From positions 23,743,648-23,807,647 of the forward strand of contig NC_092673.1 in the NCBI RefSeq assembly GCF_964355755.1: a stretch of DNA of 64,000 nt, in the 5' to 3' direction. Positions 60,626 through 64,000 of the stretch are shown here, piece by piece; within the stretch, counting starts at the first letter, position 1; every line of letters begins with the position of its first letter. The position numbers and the translations under genes were made by a program. Source of the DNA: Antedon mediterranea. Taxonomy: Eukaryota > Animalia > Echinodermata. The notes beneath the pieces were generated by a model. That model was not told the origin of the DNA. It saw only the letters and a program-made list of their open reading frames with translations, and searched no databases.

Positions 60626-62584
60626 GGTAGATTGAAATCCTTTGAACATCATTGGCGACAGATTACCTCTGATGAGAGGATAATCGATATCGCACTTCAT
60701 GCACATATTGAGTTTGTAGATAACAGACCACCCGTGCAATTTGGTTACCCCAAATTGACTGTATTTAATGCCATAAAAGAGACTATTATTGAGACAGAAA
60801 TAAGTAAATTACTAGAGAAAAAAGCTATAAGACATTCGACACATTGTGAAGGAGAATTTATCTCTCCAATTTTTGTGGTACCAAAGAAGGATGGGTCCTT
60901 CAGAATGATTCTTAATCTCTAGTGCTTAAATGAACAAGTACAATACCATCATTTTAAAATGGATACATTTGATGATTTAAAGGACGCTTACTATTCAGTC
61001 CCGATTGCCGAAAACCATCAGAAATACCTAAAATTTATATGGAAGGGTAATTTGTTTCAATATACCTGCTTACCGAATGGGCTAGCGTCTGCTCCCCGAA
61101 TGTTCACTAAACTGTTAAAACCGGTCTATGCGTCTCTACGCAGCATGGGTCATACAGTTATGGCTTATATAGACGACTCATTTCTGGTACTAGATATGAT
61201 TACGAATCATGTGAAAAGAATGTCACTGATACAATCACTCTCATTAATAAGCTTGGTTTTATTTACCACCGAACTAAGTCAATCATAACTCCATCTCAAA
61301 CCCTCACTTTCTTGGGGTTTGTTATTGATTCAGTAAATATGACTGTAACTTTATCTAAGGAGAAGGTTGAGCGGTTAGTAACAGAATGCTCTGCGCTCGC
61401 TGGTTCAGAGTCAAAATCCATTCGCACAGTTGCGAGAATTATCGGATTAATGGTATCTAGCTTTCCCGCAGTGGAATTTGGTCCATTGTTCTACAGATCC
61501 CTAGATATGGCTAAAATTGAGATGCTGTAAGGGTAATTTTGATATGCACATGGCAATCTCAACAGATATGAAACTTGACCTAAGGTGGTGGATTCACAAT
61601 TTGTGTCATGAAAGACGACGTTTCCATAAATGTAACCCTCATATATCTATGTCATGTGATGCATCAACACAAGGTTGGGGTGTTGACTGTGAGGGAAATT
61701 AAAGTGGGGGTAGATGGTCATCATGTGAGGCGGCCCATCATATCAATGTTTTGGAATTGCTCGCAATATACTATTCCTTAAAATCATTTGAAAGGACAAT
61801 AATAGGGAAACATATGAAGATACTTTCGGACAACACCACTGCTGTAGCATACATTAATAATATGGGTGGTGTCAGATCTGTTGAATGCAACAATGTCGCT
61901 CGTAGCATTTGGATTTGGTGCAGAAGTAGAGAAATATGGCTTACAGCTACCCATTTGCCGGGGGCTCTGAATGTTGAGGCAGATCATGAATCTCGGGTAT
62001 TCAATGATCGTACAGAATGGCATTTAGATAAAGACATATTTTCACGTATTGTAAACATATTTGGTTGCCCGACAATTGATCTGTTTGCCTCACGTCTGAA
62101 CACCCAATTGTCTCAATTTGTTTCTTGGCGACCTGATCCACAAGCTACGTATGTAGATGCGTTTACATTAGAGTGGCAACCTTACTATTTTTATGCCTTT
62201 CCTCCTTTCAGTTTGATAGGAAGATGTCTACAGAAGATAGCATTAGACAAGGCGACAGGCATAATGATAGCTCCAGTGTGGCCAACACAACCATGGTTCA
62301 GCCAGATGCTACGGATGTTAATTGCTCATCCCTTAATGTTACCAATGACAGATGGAACCCTGATAATGCCTTCATTGAATCAGCTACATCCACTTCGCAA
62401 GAAGTTGAAATTAATTGCATGCCTGGTGTCCAGGAATTCCTTGAAAGACAAGTTTCAAGACAGGCAGCCGATATTATCATGGCATCATGGCGTCCAAGCA
62501 CCAGAAACCAGTACGCAGTCTATATTAACAGATGGTTCCAGTTTTGTAGTCGATCACAAACGGATCCAGTTTCACCACGTATAA
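60626..62584 (+). pseudogene. DIRS pol: RT, RNase H, DNA N6-adenine methyltransferase-like domain; several stops/frameshifts
   Basis: FISPIFVVPKKDGSFRMILNL, DLKDAYY, LPNGLASAPRMFTK, AYIDD; CDASTQGWG, HINVLELLA, SDNTTAVAYIN, HLPGALN.EAD; IDLFASRLN, DAF..W, YAFPPF. Confidence 0.92.
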
Positions 62585-63362
62585 ACAAGGTTCTGGACTA
62601 AGCTACAGTTGTCTTAACACAGCTAGATCAGCGCTTTCAGCACTATGCTCGTCGACCCATCAACATTCTATCGGTTCACACCCTCTCGTGGTTAGATTTT
62701 GTAAGGGTGTATTTAACTTACGACCTACAGTCCCAAGGTATTCACGAACGTGGGACGTACGTTCAGTCTTACAATATTTACGTTTATGTACTCCTATTAG
62801 AGAACTGAGTTTAAAGGACCTAACTATGAAATGTGTCATGCTTTTGTCATTAGTCTTGGCAGCTCGTTGCCAGTCCCTCCATCTTCTCAATCTCAGTGAG
62901 ATGAGAAAGGAGGACGATTGCTTTGTATTTGTTACCTCGAGGTTACTAAAGCAAAGCCGCCCAGGCTATTCTAACCCACAAGTAGTATTAAGCCGTTACA
63001 CAGTTGATGAAGAGTTATGTATTTACAATACATTAGAAGAATACATATCTCGTACGGAGAGTATTCGTGGTAATACTTCTCAATTGTTCATTAGTTTTAT
63101 TAAACCGTTCAAAGCTGTTTCAAAGTCCACGATAAGCCGATGGATTCGGGTTGTCATGGAAAAGGCAGGCATTGATGTTACCGTTTTTAAACCACATAGT
63201 GTCAGGGCAGCCGCTTCGTCCAAAGCTAAGCAGAATGGTGTTCCAATGGATACAATTCTAGCAACAGCCGGGTGGTCTTCGGAAAGTACATTTGCTAGGT
63301 TTTACGATAAGACCATTAATGAAGACCATGATGTTTTTTCCGTTAATGTTTTGAAGCTGTAG
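62430..63362 (+). pseudogene. DIRS tyrosine recombinase (overlaps the end of pol; internal stop/deletion at about 62600)
   Basis: IIMASWRPSTRNQY...W..FC (N-terminal domain); catalytic motifs AARCQSL, HSVR, AGWS, TFARFY. Confidence 0.9.
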
Positions 63363-63534
63363 GTCAACTTATTAATTAAAGTTACATAGTTGTTTCAAAA
63401 CAGTTTTGTGTTTACTTATCACGTCGTTGCTACCATCTCATGTGATCCCTTTCGTGTAAGATGACTACATAGAATCCCCATCAAACTTCAACTTCCAGGT
63501 AAGTCTCGTTTAATTATAGGATTTTTCTTTACAG

Positions 63535-63677
63535 GAAGATGGAAATAGTGGAGATGAAGATATTAATGATGACAATCACATTGATCTATTAAATCTGTTC
63601 TCTAAAGATGAACTTTTAAATGACAACATTTTCTATGGCGTTAACACAACCAAAGCTGAAGTAATGTTAAAGGCCAG
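63535..63677 (+). other. Possible isolated exon (acidic peptide), identity unknown
   Basis: TTTTTCTTTACAG|...CCAG|GTGCGG bounding open frame EDGNSGDEDINDDNHIDLLNLFSKDELLNDNIFYGVNTTKAEVMLKA. Confidence 0.35.
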
Positions 63678-64000
63678 GTGCGGGCAAAAAATTTCTATTG
63701 ATCATACATTCCAATAATTATCGATCTATAGTTTCCCCTATGTTTCATAATTTTTGGGATTTTATTTGTGTTACACAAGCTTTTTTAAAATAAGCACTTT
63801 CTTATCAGTGGGGGGATAGTTCAAATTACACAGTAAAATCTCTATTCTTTTGTACACAAATTTTGTAAATAGAGAGGAATTTAAAAAAGCTATGAAAAAT
63901 AAACGGTGTGGTAAAAAATGTTATCAGATGACTAAATATAGGTAATATAACTTGAATATTACATTTCTGATATTTTTATTCAACTTCAGATTTTTATTTT

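Larger units (their letters stand above)
59493..63515 (+). mobile_element. DIRS1-type tyrosine-recombinase retrotransposon (decayed)
   Basis: Inverted terminal repeats ATTCTATTACGTCATC..CATGAGATGGTAGC (59493-59540) / GCTACCATCTCATG..GATGACTACATAGAAT (63429-63475), enclosing gag, RT, RH, MT and YR in DIRS order. Confidence 0.92.

Noticed and set aside
61751-63362. Bacterial/phage methylase plus integrase (HGT or contamination)
   Set aside because: Both are standard DIRS1 domains, in canonical order after RT/RH and within ITRs.

Overview
AT-rich animal genomic DNA, probably from a marine invertebrate (spliceosomal introns, a Deu/Nin-domain SINE, metazoan transposon families); not prokaryotic. 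1-~20 kb holds the last two coding exons of a FAM20B-like glycan kinase gene, with introns carrying small non-autonomous elements, including an inverted pair of Harbinger derivatives and a decayed duplicate exon. Minisatellites follow at 20.6-23.1 kb, then an almost continuous ~39 kb nest of transposons. The nest includes two related head-to-head Gypsy elements, an Academ-like remnant, a Mag-like Gypsy split by a structurally intact 15.5 kb CMC/EnSpm (CACTA) transposon, a further Gypsy remnant and a DIRS element. The CACTA element has a single-exon transposase and a 12-exon ORF2. The most unusual item is the + strand Gypsy element (28.84-36.25 kb): a ComEA-like helix-hairpin-helix at the Gag N-terminus, a PHD finger at the Pol C-terminus and, in the env position behind a splice acceptor, an ORF3 with a TatD-like nuclease fold. 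All family calls come from motif recognition by eye; no database searches were run.
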